A stretch of 41,901 nt of DNA from a virus (lineage: Duplodnaviria; Caudoviricetes): positions 1-41,901 of the IMG/VR virus record IMGVR_UViG_3300032212_000044. One strand, given 5' to 3'. Position 1 is the stretch's first letter. Each line of letters begins with the position of its first letter. Below are positions 1 through 9,419 of the stretch, piece after piece. A model generated the notes under the pieces. The model was not told where the DNA came from and made no database searches. It was given only the letters and a program-made list of their open reading frames with translations. A program made the translations under genes and the position numbers.

Positions 1-243
1 TCTTTAACAACTAGGCCGTTCTTCCACTTCCATTCATCCATATACGCCCTGAAACGGTTATCGCTTGCGTCAAATGCATCACCTAAACCTAGGTCTTCAT
101 GGCTTAAGCCGGCCTCTGAGCCTTTAGGGAAAACACCAAATACTTTGTTTTCGCCCCAGTTAACCAGCCAAATAGACGTATTGTCAGCACCCGAACCACC
201 TGCACTGATAATGTTCTGGGCATTGGTAGCTGAAAGGTCATTG
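1..243. repeat. Terminal direct repeat, left copy (circular assembly overlap)
   Basis: Identical to 41659-41901 except C116 vs G41774. Confidence 0.97.
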
Positions 244-683
244 TAGCGATTAGCAAACCCCACGTATTCTTCTGGATTAGCTGCTGAGCCGTAGATAAGC
301 GTCTGTGCCTGTGCTTGAGACATAGACTCAACAAAAGCTGCTGCTTCATCCATACGATATTGATTAACATTGCCGTTAAGCTCTGCCTCATCCTTATCAA
401 TCTCAGAACGCGCTGTAAGAATTGCTGCATTCTCAACAATCTGAGCCTTAGTAGACTTAGACTTTGGAACACCCTGGTTAATTAAACGGTAATACGAGGT
501 AGGTAAACCAGTACGAATACTTGTCTGCTCACCTGTTGGTAGGTTGCCTTCTTTGAATAACATGTCATCAAGAATGCGGTTTGATTGAGATAAAAGCTCA
601 ACCGTCTTTGCTACTTTGCCATCGGGATCGATACTCTTCGCCCAATCTGCCATAGTTAGCACTGTACTAGATAGTGTAGCCAT
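1..683 (-). CDS. Major capsid protein, BPP-1/epsilon15-like, 5' part (continues across the junction to 41325; about 338 aa in total)
   Basis: Not in the ORF track. Manual translation from ATG 683 gives MATLSSTVLTMADWAKSIDPDGKVAKTVELLSQSN..IRTGLP..AGGSGADNTSIWLVNWG..FPKGS(E/Q)AGL..YMDEWKWKNGLVVKDWR, matching recalled motifs of BPP-1 Bbp17 and epsilon15 gp7. Confidence 0.93.
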   Translation of the reverse strand, partial: MATLSSTVLTMADWAKSIDPDGKVAKTVELLSQSNRILDDMLFKEGNLPTGEQTSIRTGLPTSYYRLINQGVPKSKSTKAQIVENAAILTARSEIDKDEAELNGNVNQYRMDEAAAFVESMSQAQAQTLIYGSAANPEEYVGFANRYNDLSATNAQNIISAGGSGADNTSIWLVNWGENKVFGVFPKGSEAGLSHEDLGLGDAFDASDNRFRAYMDEWKWKNGLVVK

Positions 684-709
684 AATTAGCTCCTGTTACG
701 TTCCATAAT

Positions 710-1606
710 TTAGCCAGTCTTATCGCCGTAAAATATATCCGCGGCAGATTTTGACTGAGCCTCTGGTTTTGGTGCTTTAGGCTTTGTCACAACAGGTATT
801 TTTTCGCGCTTACTCTTAATCTCTCGGCCCTTTTCTTGCAACTGGTCATACTTAGCTGCCTTCAATAGAGTTATCATGTGATGCGAGTAAGACATTTGTC
901 CGAACTCTTCCTGACTAAAACCGGCTCTAGTTGCATACTCAGTCACTAACGAAGTGTCATTATTGTATGCCTCTGTAGGCTGGCCTTTGTCATCGAACCA
1001 ATCTGGGTTAGCTGAAAACAGTTTCTTTTGTTCTTCAGCAATAACCGCTGGATCGTTAGCCGGTACTTCGCGTTCCGCTTTAACTTTCGCTAATGCTTCT
1101 TTGCGCTTATCTGCCAGCTCTTTAAGTTCGATATACCTATCGGGATCATCTTCCTTCAGCTCTACCCAATCAATCGCCTCATCTTCCTGAACTAAAACTG
1201 TCAATAAATCTGACATTTCAGAGATTTCAGCCTGTGACTTAAGTAGATTTTCACGAGTTGTGTCACGCTCAGTCTCAAAGGTTTTACGCTCTTCAGCTAA
1301 GTTAGTGGTCTTCTTCGTGTAGTCAGATTGCATCATGTGACCATCACGCCACTTTCTAACGTCTTCCAGGTCTATCTCTTTACCGTCTATTTCGACGTAA
1401 TGAGACTCCTCGTCATCGTCATTGCCTTCTAACTCTTCGGTTTCATCTTTCGACTCTTCCGGGGCTTCAAGTGTTTCCGCATCCTGTGGAGGATCTTGAA
1501 CTTCCTCTTCAGTAACAGCAGCTTCTTTGGTTGGCTTTACTGGCTCCACTTCGGCTGTGTCTTCATAAAACTTGTTTGCAGTTTCCATTAATGGATTATC
1601 TGACAT
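710..1606 (-). CDS. Capsid scaffolding protein
   Basis: Acidic N-terminus, 'VEIDGKEIDLEDVRKWRDGHMMQSDYTKKT' motif, coiled coil, located between portal and capsid genes. Start placed at MSDNP. Confidence 0.85.
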   Translation of the reverse strand: MSDNPLMETANKFYEDTAEVEPVKPTKEAAVTEEEVQDPPQDAETLEAPEESKDETEELEGNDDDEESHYVEIDGKEIDLEDVRKWRDGHMMQSDYTKKTTNLAEERKTFETERDTTRENLLKSQAEISEMSDLLTVLVQEDEAIDWVELKEDDPDRYIELKELADKRKEALAKVKAEREVPANDPAVIAEEQKKLFSANPDWFDDKGQPTEAYNNDTSLVTEYATRAGFSQEEFGQMSYSHHMITLLKAAKYDQLQEKGREIKSKREKIPVVTKPKAPKPEAQSKSAADIFYGDKTG

Positions 1607-1742
1607 GTGTTTTACCCTATAAAGTTTATCTATCAAATCTTATTGTTTAATAGTTTACAACTAATTTATTTAATTTACCAATATCGTGTATATTATTTAA
1701 TAATCCTATCGATATACGCAAAAAATAACCAGAATTAACTAG

Positions 1743-2027
1743 CTATAAGTTATTTTTCTTGATTGATTCCAGATCAATATCAGCTAATTTACCTGTATTT
1801 AACAATTGCTCGAAATAACTTTCCAGTGCGTTCATATTCTGCATTGTACGCCATGCCTCTTCCCTAACGTCTGCCTGCTCGTGCTTGGTTTTACAGAATA
1901 TCTCGAATATCTGAGCCTTCCTTATCGTGATTGCCTGCTTATAAGCCTCATTATTGATCACCTGCTTACCCATTTGAGCAAATGCAGACTCCTGCTTTAG
2001 CTTCTCTTCTCTTTCTTCGTTATTCAC
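1743..2027 (-). CDS. Small head-module protein between portal and scaffold
   Basis: 94-aa helical ORF overlapping the portal stop. Confidence 0.7.
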   Translation of the reverse strand: MNNEEREEKLKQESAFAQMGKQVINNEAYKQAITIRKAQIFEIFCKTKHEQADVREEAWRTMQNMNALESYFEQLLNTGKLADIDLESIKKNNL

Positions 2028-4116
2028 TAACTGTCACCTCGTTTTCTTTGAAATTGTCATTTGAATCTGTGCTGAATTTAGATTCAATTTCAGTTAATTT
2101 CAGCGCTAGATCCTTCATGAATTGATCCTGCTTTTGAGTTGTTTCAATGTTGAATTGTCTCTGCTCCTCTGCAAGCTTGGCAACATCTATATTCTGCTTA
2201 CCCTGGGCCTCTACAAGCTTGGCCTGAGCTTTTATGGTCTCAGCCTCGGCTAATGGGTTTTGCAATGCCTGTACTTGCTCTTGAAGCTGCTGAACTATGT
2301 TAGTTAATATCTCGTTTTGAGCTGTGGTTAACTCTTCTGGTCGCTCTGGATCATTGAAGAACTCGGATATTTCAGGCAGTCCTGATGCTGTAACCATACC
2401 CTTAAGCACGTTGTACCGCTTAACTTCGTCAGTCATAGGGGAATTATTAGCCTGTAGCTGCTGATGTAGTCCCCATAAGGCTGTCAGTGTTGCTAATATC
2501 TGCTCATCATCACCAGCTCCAAGTCCAACTTTACTCACTACATAATGCTTAAACTTCCAATCAGTAGGGTTAACCGCTAATTCCTCGCCTAATACCTCTA
2601 TCTCTGTCTCGGTATTCTGGAAATTAGACGCAAGCCAAGCAAAGCCCTCAAATAGCTGCCTAAAGCCTGTCTCTGCCATCACTCTTGCAACTAGCTCGAC
2701 TTTAGCCCCAGAAGCGTCCTGAATGCCGTTAAATCGTGTAGCTGTCTCTTGATTCAAGTCATCAGCTTCAAGCCCTTGAGAGGCCATGAGAGAGCCTGTA
2801 GTTTGAGCCCTTGCTTGATCGTAGTATTGGATAACCTGCATTGCCCTATCACCGATGTATGGCGTTACAATAGGCACAACATCATTCCCTACCGGGCCAT
2901 CATGAGTAGTCCTTACAATCCTGTTAGGCCTAGAGATGAGAAGATCATCCATGTTAACATTCTCATTGATTACATGACCTGGGTTATTAACTGCATAAAT
3001 ATTGTCATTCACACCGCGCAAAATAGCCGTCTTGATACGTGCGGTAGGTGCTGCTATCTCAGCTCTTGATTTACCTATTGCCTTGTGCGGCATCAGAATA
3101 GAACTCATTACCGCATAGGGGACATGATTAAATACCTCATTAACCAATACAACAGATCCGCCGCGCATTATGTGGCGTCTCTCAGCTATTCCGTCTCCGT
3201 CATAATCGATAAGCGGATAAAGGTCTTCAATCTCTACCTCTTCGCTGGCCCATAAATCTATAACTACGTTTGACTCTGGCCCGCCTTCGTCCTCATCACG
3301 TATCTGTGGCAATCGTGTGCCGCTTGTCGTATCACTGCCTGTCCCGTTGCTGGTTCCGTCCCCTGTTTCGCCTACTTTGGGTATTTTTGATATTTCAACC
3401 TTCTTGAATCCTAATGCTTTCAAATCACCCCTGGTCATAATTGAAACATCGCCAACCATCTGTGCAGTGTCTTTATCTTCTGCATTCTTGGTCATGCGAA
3501 AGGTTTCCAATGTAACGCCTTTCATCTTTGTCTCTTTTCTGGTCTTCTCTACCTTAATGACTACCGTGTTTTCTTCGTCATCTCCCTCTTCCTCCCTGAC
3601 TATCTCAATGTTTTTAACGTCCTCACCCTTAAGGCTTTCCTCGAATACAGCTAATTCCTCATCACTTAACCCGGTTTTCTTATGCTCTTCAACCTCTGTT
3701 GTTTCTTCAACAAAGTATTTAACTACTGATGTCTTCTGCATTAGCGCATTCTTAATAAATCCATGCAGAACGGGGAAGCTCCAGGGCTGTTCTCTGACTT
3801 GCCAGTTTATATACTTTGTCTTGCTCTCTGCTTCATTGACATCATCTTCATTGCTTTTCTTATTAGGCTTGAATTTAAGTATCTCTCCTGGGCCCAGAAA
3901 TACTCTAGCAAGTGACGGCATATCAGCTTCAACTAAGTCCATCACATCATTTGATATAACATGTGATCTTTCCGGCAACTCATCCCCGTAAAGGTTGCCC
4001 TCATACCTATCTAGTAAATCAGCGTTTTCTCTTGTGAATGTCGAGTTATTACCAGTCGCATCATGCGTCATCTGGTCTAGCTCGTGCAATAAGGTCTCTT
4101 CTGTCATTTGTGGCAT
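2020..4116 (-). CDS. Portal protein (PaP3/LUZ24-like, long C-terminal coiled coil)
   Basis: 698 aa directly after TerL. Motifs 'GDELPERSHVISNDVMDLVEADMPSLARVF' and 'DYDGDGIAE', Q-rich C-terminus. Confidence 0.92.
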   Translation of the reverse strand: MPQMTEETLLHELDQMTHDATGNNSTFTRENADLLDRYEGNLYGDELPERSHVISNDVMDLVEADMPSLARVFLGPGEILKFKPNKKSNEDDVNEAESKTKYINWQVREQPWSFPVLHGFIKNALMQKTSVVKYFVEETTEVEEHKKTGLSDEELAVFEESLKGEDVKNIEIVREEEGDDEENTVVIKVEKTRKETKMKGVTLETFRMTKNAEDKDTAQMVGDVSIMTRGDLKALGFKKVEISKIPKVGETGDGTSNGTGSDTTSGTRLPQIRDEDEGGPESNVVIDLWASEEVEIEDLYPLIDYDGDGIAERRHIMRGGSVVLVNEVFNHVPYAVMSSILMPHKAIGKSRAEIAAPTARIKTAILRGVNDNIYAVNNPGHVINENVNMDDLLISRPNRIVRTTHDGPVGNDVVPIVTPYIGDRAMQVIQYYDQARAQTTGSLMASQGLEADDLNQETATRFNGIQDASGAKVELVARVMAETGFRQLFEGFAWLASNFQNTETEIEVLGEELAVNPTDWKFKHYVVSKVGLGAGDDEQILATLTALWGLHQQLQANNSPMTDEVKRYNVLKGMVTASGLPEISEFFNDPERPEELTTAQNEILTNIVQQLQEQVQALQNPLAEAETIKAQAKLVEAQGKQNIDVAKLAEEQRQFNIETTQKQDQFMKDLALKLTEIESKFSTDSNDNFKENEVTVSE

Positions 4117-5624
4117 TAGACCACTCCTACGCTTGGATAGTTTATGGGTTCCATAACGGCCTTAGCCTTTGGCTTAAATAACACCATCATAACGCTATCG
4201 GCTTGATTTGGCGAATCTATGTCCAAGGCCTTCATTTCTTTCTTGTTCATTATCTGAATGAGTCCGTTTGGGTTGTCTTTTTGTGGGATTTTACACATCT
4301 CAGACCTAAGGCCTGACACGCTGTCTATTCCATCTGAATCAAAGCTTATCATCTCATCAGGGTCTACGTATTCACCCTTAACAACGCATCGATAGGTATT
4401 ATAGCAACGATCAGCTAAATCAGTATAAAACTGCGCCCGGTTGTTCTTGAATGTCTCAGCGTAGGTTTTAGGTTTTGTGTCTTCATCACCGTATTGGGGC
4501 TTATATATCTTCTTGGCATTATCCTGGCCCTTACCTGATAGTGACCCCCTAAACATATGGTACTTAACATTAGTTCCTATAAACGCATTAGATACCTGTC
4601 TCTTTAGCCCTGCGCCCATTCCGTCACCATCCCACACAAACCAGTCAGCACCATATTGAATAGCCTGACCTGTGGCCCAATCGCACCCCTCGTCTATCTC
4701 GCCTGTACTCTTTTCCTTTACAGCCTTTATGATCGATCCATGTCTAATTGCTAAACCCTTGTTATCATTGCCTGTATCAGACGGATCATGAGCAGCTATA
4801 ACGGCCCCTTGAGGCTCGAATACTCGCTTTAACCTATCAATCTTATGAGCATCTACACAAGCATCAAACCATTCTGGCAATATAATAGCGTCATCAACTG
4901 TATCCAAATACTTGCCTAACCACTTATGATCATACTGCGCCCTAGATAGTTTCTCTAAATCGTCTAGTCTTTCCTCTTCCAACCCTGAAAGCTTAAACCA
5001 GTCTTCAGGCATATCCGTATAATTCATCTCAACTACCATAATTAAATCATCTTCATAGTACCCGCATCTATCTAGCTCTTTCTCTGCCCTGGCAAGCCAT
5101 TTAGTCGCTACAGCACCATTCTTAGCACCTCTATTCATGGTTATGATAATCTCAGGCATCTTGACATCTTCACCTGCTATCTTCTTTTGTGTATCAGTAG
5201 CGTTTAGTCGTACAGATGCTGTTAAGACCCTTAGTGTGTTATCGGATAAATCCTCGCCTTCTTCTATCCATAGCCCATCAATACCAGATAACGTACTCTT
5301 AAGTGATGTGATGTTTCTTGATAGACCTCGATAAAATGCCCTGCCTCCAGATGTGTGGTCTATGCTTGTCTTAGTCTCTGTGAATCCAGGCATCTCTAAT
5401 CGTGATATTTCATCAAGAATAGTTCTGTGTACTGATTCCTCAATAGAGTTCTGATGCTCCCTTGCACAACACCATAACTTACCGATAGATAGATTGGCAG
5501 CAACGTAATCAGCTATGCCTGTGGATTTAGTGGAGCCTCGCCCACCTACTATTATTTTTATACGCTTTGGAGTTGTGAATATAGGATTTAAATTCTCTAC
5601 ATACTCGATATTGACTTGATTCAT
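4116..5624 (-). CDS. terL: Terminase large subunit (PBSX/Sf6-like)
   Basis: Walker A 'GGRGSTKS', Walker B 'LWIEEGE', nuclease motifs 'HDPSD', 'WDGDGMG', 'SPNQADS'. Confidence 0.95.
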   Translation of the reverse strand: MNQVNIEYVENLNPIFTTPKRIKIIVGGRGSTKSTGIADYVAANLSIGKLWCCAREHQNSIEESVHRTILDEISRLEMPGFTETKTSIDHTSGGRAFYRGLSRNITSLKSTLSGIDGLWIEEGEDLSDNTLRVLTASVRLNATDTQKKIAGEDVKMPEIIITMNRGAKNGAVATKWLARAEKELDRCGYYEDDLIMVVEMNYTDMPEDWFKLSGLEEERLDDLEKLSRAQYDHKWLGKYLDTVDDAIILPEWFDACVDAHKIDRLKRVFEPQGAVIAAHDPSDTGNDNKGLAIRHGSIIKAVKEKSTGEIDEGCDWATGQAIQYGADWFVWDGDGMGAGLKRQVSNAFIGTNVKYHMFRGSLSGKGQDNAKKIYKPQYGDEDTKPKTYAETFKNNRAQFYTDLADRCYNTYRCVVKGEYVDPDEMISFDSDGIDSVSGLRSEMCKIPQKDNPNGLIQIMNKKEMKALDIDSPNQADSVMMVLFKPKAKAVMEPINYPSVGVV

Positions 5625-6037
5625 TTCTTGTTGCTTACAGGAATGAAGTTAAATGATGTTTCTATTGGGCCTCCGTTTGGCCCTGATACTTCTTTCTTCT
5701 CAACTGCTAATCCATGTATCTTTGCCTTGCCCATTGTGGCACTTGTCATAGCTGCTGGCTGCTGTGTATCCTTTGCTATTTCTCTAGCCTCTTCAAGCTC
5801 TTCAGTTAGCGTATCTACCGTTACATTGTGACGCTCTCTATGATCTTCTTGCAGTTTTAGCACCCTTGAGGACACATGAGGGATTGCGAATAATCGGCAT
5901 GCTTCTTGCCACACTGATTCAGGAGACATGTTTTCAGCATTGTAGGCACGTCTATAAGCCTCAGACTGATTGCCGCCACATTCAATATAGGCCTGACATG
6001 CGGCTTCTTGTTTCTCTGTTAGTGGCTTGTCTTTCAT
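5621..6037 (-). CDS. terS: Terminase small subunit
   Basis: 'LTEKQEAACQAYIECGGNQSEAYRRAY' N-terminus, 'EVSGPNGGPI' tail, ATGA overlap with terL. Confidence 0.92.
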   Translation of the reverse strand: MKDKPLTEKQEAACQAYIECGGNQSEAYRRAYNAENMSPESVWQEACRLFAIPHVSSRVLKLQEDHRERHNVTVDTLTEELEEAREIAKDTQQPAAMTSATMGKAKIHGLAVEKKEVSGPNGGPIETSFNFIPVSNKK

Positions 6038-6315
6038 AAAGGATACACCAGCATCCTATCAGCTGCCTCTATATACGAATTAAGCTCTTGATTTACAAAA
6101 TCTTCTATAGCGTTTTCTTCAATATGCGAATTAACGTACATATCAATTAGATCTATATCTATCTCGCAGTCTATATATCGCTTGTCCTTTAAGGCTAAAT
6201 ATTTTTTTACCTTGTATCCATTTAAAGAGTGAAATCCTTCGCCAGCATATGAGACTTTCCAGCCCCTATATTCCCAGTCAAGTTTTTCCCAGTTTGTAGA
6301 TGGTAGATGTGTCAT
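6034..6315 (-). CDS. Hypothetical protein
   Basis: 93 aa, overlaps the terS start. Confidence 0.65.
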   Translation of the reverse strand: MTHLPSTNWEKLDWEYRGWKVSYAGEGFHSLNGYKVKKYLALKDKRYIDCEIDIDLIDMYVNSHIEENAIEDFVNQELNSYIEAADRMLVYPL

Positions 6316-6361
6316 TGCGATTCCCCTCGGTTGTTCGCTGATATATCTCTGCTAAATAGCG

Positions 6362-7894
6362 CTAATTATTAATCTTTGGCACAGTAGTGATATATGGCTC
6401 TGTAGCGTTGTAGATAATTTCACCCATCTTTATACTGCCTAAACTGGATGGATGTTGATCGGCGTTTGGTGTGACTGTGTTTCCTGTAGCTGAACCTATT
6501 GAAAGCTCTGGGCTATAGTCATCCCCGCCCCATAATTCATACGTCTCATGGAAAAACACTTTAACCGTCTCGCCCGCTGCATTGCTTCTAGTATAGCCAT
6601 TTAATGCTCTTTGCTCACTTCTTAATCTTTCGGCTTCAGCTCTATGGGCATCATTGTTTTTTGTTGATAAACCTTTAAAACCTGCAAACTGTGCAAAGAA
6701 ATGTATTTGTCGTAAGTTTCTACACCCATCAATAATGGTGTCTAATATCGCTTTTGTATCGCCGTAGATGTCTGGCGCTGGACTCGCATCATTGACATCA
6801 TTCCAAGAGCCAGCAGTAATAATGACTTCTGGATTTCTACCTATAATGTAATTTGTAAGCTCTGACGTGAAAGGAACGGCTCCTGATGAGCTAAACCCAG
6901 CCCCATTTTCAGTAGACCCATTCATGCTAGCGGTGGTGTCGTGGAAGCCTGTCACATTTGTTAATACGAAGTTATGATCTACTGCCATACGCCTTAGGAA
7001 TGAATATAAGCCTGACTTATAGCCAGCACGACCTGAGCCATCTGATAACTTTTGCACATCTGCTAATGAATTTATATCTACACCATCCGTAAATGAAGCT
7101 AGAAACGAATCGCCAGGGCCAAAGCATACTCTCATTGGATTAGCCACTAAAAATGATTGCCTCTTTGTTATCTGAATTCTACGTATAAAGTAGTCCCCAA
7201 AATGCCCGGGTGAGAGTAGAGCCTGATTCCCCACTGTAATCCTACTGAATGCGCTCGTAGTAAACTCATTATCAAGCGTTGCCGTTATAACAGGCAATCC
7301 GTCCACAATCACAGTGACAGTCTTAGATTTGAATGTAGCTATAATTTTTGCATAGGTGTGTTCATCATCTGTAACATCAAATTCTCTTTGGGAATTGACA
7401 TAGAAATCAATATTCTGAGTAGTCCCGTTATTAGCTTTTATTGTTAATCTCATCTGACCAGAAGCAGTAGTCCCCGGCTGTCTGGATAACTTTATAAAGT
7501 CTGTTGCACCACTACTAGTGTTTAGTAAAAAGTCAACAGTTGTAGCCCCGACCCTGCCCGTAGATTGTAAAAAGTTTCCAGCGATATCACCTTCATCAAC
7601 AGTAATCCCAGATCGCTCTACTTCAAAATATATGCTCCCCTCATTAGCAGCCAGTAGATCAGTCTCAATAGAGGCTAATGTAGTGGTTAGAGAAGACCCT
7701 GAGCCGACCTTAGTTCCGCCCGTGGTGTCCCATGTAACATTCGCCCCATTTATAACCCAGTCTGTATTAGCTGTAGTGAACTCAGCACCTGTGCTGTAGC
7801 CTGAAAATGTTATATCCTGAAGTATGTCAGCATCTCCAGATGCAAGAGGAGATACATCTGCCCTATCTGTATAGTAATCTGATACAGTGCTCAT
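6362..7894 (-). CDS. Concanavalin/LamG-like domain fused to an SGNH/GDSL hydrolase
   Basis: Beta-rich N-half. C-half has SGNH blocks 'GDSF', 'GSWND' and 'DQHPS'. Start at ATG 7894 overlaps the upstream stop (TAATG). Confidence 0.75.
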   Translation of the reverse strand: MSTVSDYYTDRADVSPLASGDADILQDITFSGYSTGAEFTTANTDWVINGANVTWDTTGGTKVGSGSSLTTTLASIETDLLAANEGSIYFEVERSGITVDEGDIAGNFLQSTGRVGATTVDFLLNTSSGATDFIKLSRQPGTTASGQMRLTIKANNGTTQNIDFYVNSQREFDVTDDEHTYAKIIATFKSKTVTVIVDGLPVITATLDNEFTTSAFSRITVGNQALLSPGHFGDYFIRRIQITKRQSFLVANPMRVCFGPGDSFLASFTDGVDINSLADVQKLSDGSGRAGYKSGLYSFLRRMAVDHNFVLTNVTGFHDTTASMNGSTENGAGFSSSGAVPFTSELTNYIIGRNPEVIITAGSWNDVNDASPAPDIYGDTKAILDTIIDGCRNLRQIHFFAQFAGFKGLSTKNNDAHRAEAERLRSEQRALNGYTRSNAAGETVKVFFHETYELWGGDDYSPELSIGSATGNTVTPNADQHPSSLGSIKMGEIIYNATEPYITTVPKINN

Positions 7895-8454
7895 TATACT
7901 GCCTTCCAAAGAACAATGACTTTATCACCTACAGAGTCAGTTACTGTAAGCGCTCCCTTGCTATTTATTGCGCCCTTAAAATCGACAGTCCTATCTGATG
8001 GGTCAGTGGCTGTGGCATTCCCGGTTATTACTATATTAGTGGCGTTTCCTGCTGAGTCTTCGAATCCTGCTATAGTCGCAGTAATTGCCGCCACCCCATG
8101 CGGAATAGTAATACTCATAAGGTGAGTGTCGTTAGCTACTCCGCCTCCTATAGTAACCGCTCCTGTGCCGTCACATATAGTTAAATTACATTCTTCTCTT
8201 ACAGGTAGATATGATTCTGTTGTGCTTAATGGGTTTCTTATGGCCCCTATAGATTGGTCAGCAACCATCTGTAGGCCTGTTGTCTCGATTTGATACCAGC
8301 TAGAGCCATATAATTTATAAGAATTTCCATCGTCCTGATCAAACTGCGCCCCTTTCTCCAAATCTGCAACAACCAAAGCCAACCTGTCAGCACTAGTCCC
8401 TGTCCATACCGTTTTATTTAAATCGAAATCTGATCTTCTTGAAGATAGAGCCAT
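7894..8454 (-). CDS. Putative virion-associated beta-rich protein
   Basis: 186 aa, Thr/Gly/Ala rich, coupled to the SGNH gene. Confidence 0.6.
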   Translation of the reverse strand: MALSSRRSDFDLNKTVWTGTSADRLALVVADLEKGAQFDQDDGNSYKLYGSSWYQIETTGLQMVADQSIGAIRNPLSTTESYLPVREECNLTICDGTGAVTIGGGVANDTHLMSITIPHGVAAITATIAGFEDSAGNATNIVITGNATATDPSDRTVDFKGAINSKGALTVTDSVGDKVIVLWKAV

Positions 8455-8511
8455 TTTATTCGCCTTTCTTTAAGGTTAAGTATGTAGCCGCTTATAGATT
8501 AAGTTAGTTAA

Positions 8512-8520
8512 ATTATAACA
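8512..8520 (-). promoter_or_regulatory. Extended -10 promoter element (TGnTATAAT)
   Basis: TGTTATAAT on the minus strand about 60 nt upstream of ORF 7894-8454. Confidence 0.5.
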
Positions 8521-8523
8521 TTC

Positions 8524-8739
8524 TTAGCTACCTGCATCAATTGCGCATGATTGCAGCGCTCTCATTAGGTCGCTGTATTCACAGCATGAGCCATCTAAAC
8601 CAATTACATACCATGTGCTATCTCGATAATAGATAGAATATTCACTATTTTCAAACAATAGCTTCCCGTAATTATCATTAGACACCTTATAGCCCAATGT
8701 AATTGCGGGTACAGCTAGCCTTATAGCTTCATCTATCAT
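8524..8739 (-). CDS. Hypothetical protein
   Basis: 71 aa with an AGGA-like RBS. Confidence 0.55.
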   Translation of the reverse strand: MIDEAIRLAVPAITLGYKVSNDNYGKLLFENSEYSIYYRDSTWYVIGLDGSCCEYSDLMRALQSCAIDAGS

Positions 8740-8803
8740 AGGTATATCCTATTAATAACTATATCTTAATAGTTTTTTACTAATAGTAAAGCCGATACAC
8801 TGA

Positions 8804-8860
8804 TTTTATGACCTTTCATAAAAAACTTGAATTGGCTTTCTGTGTTTCCTTAACTAGACT
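8804..8860 (+). promoter_or_regulatory. Sigma70-like promoter with an upstream palindrome
   Basis: TTGGCT-17nt-TAGACT (8832-8860). Inverted repeat TTTTATGA-CCTT-TCATAAAA (8804-8823). Confidence 0.5.
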
Positions 8861-8886
8861 TTAATTATACAAACGAGGAGATAGAC

Positions 8887-9135
8887 ATGATTCCACTTAA
8901 AATAACAGTTAATGATGAGATAGTTGGCTGGGTTATGGAACAAGCCGGGGATATTAAATTTGTATCAATAAATCCACATGTTAAAGCGGCCTTATTCCTG
9001 GCTAAAGATCATATGTTTGATTCTATGGATGATAAAGAGCCAAGCTGGGAAGATTTAACCAATACGGAAGAGGAAGAGCTGAAAAAGCTAGATGAAATCG
9101 AAAACATTGCTTTCTTAGCTAGACAGGCGTTCTAA
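8887..9135 (+). CDS. Hypothetical acidic protein, first gene of an inverted 3-gene cassette
   Basis: Strong RBS GAGGAG, 82 aa. Confidence 0.75.
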   Translation: MIPLKITVNDEIVGWVMEQAGDIKFVSINPHVKAALFLAKDHMFDSMDDKEPSWEDLTNTEEEELKKLDEIENIAFLARQAF

Positions 9136-9224
9136 TGAATAATTGGTTTTGGTTGATAATCGGCATTGCTGTGCTAGCTGCATTCGGTATTGTGTGGCTG
9201 GCCTGTAAGCTTTGTAAACATTAG
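9135..9224 (+). CDS. Small single-TM protein (29 aa)
   Basis: MNNWFWLIIGIAVLAAFGIVWLACKLCKH, TAATG-coupled. Not in the ORF track. Confidence 0.65.
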   Translation: MNNWFWLIIGIAVLAAFGIVWLACKLCKH

Positions 9225-9232
9225 GTGATATA

Positions 9233-9403
9233 ATGGTGACAAAAGATAAAAAACTCGCTGTTAAGGCGCTCTCAGAAGGTCTAGAGGTGTATTTTAGACA
9301 GCCTTCTACTGTTAATTTCATTAAAGCTGAAGATATATCAAATTTCCCTAACGGTGTTGAGTATTGTATAGGGCCGCTTGAAATTGATCTTGGTATTAAA
9401 TAG
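9233..9403 (+). CDS. Hypothetical protein (56 aa)
   Basis: RBS AGGTG, MVTKDKKLAVKALSEG... Not in the ORF track. Confidence 0.65.
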   Translation: MVTKDKKLAVKALSEGLEVYFRQPSTVNFIKAEDISNFPNGVEYCIGPLEIDLGIK

Positions 9404-9419
9404 CCTCTTAATTGAGGCT

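Noticed and set aside
104-472. 122-aa ORF in the track
   Set aside because: Out-of-frame shadow within the true capsid gene (ATG 683)
954-5831. Plus-strand ORFs opposite scaffold, portal and terminase (and similar ones across 31958-40776)
   Set aside because: Antisense shadows of well-supported genes, with Ser/Leu-rich implausible products
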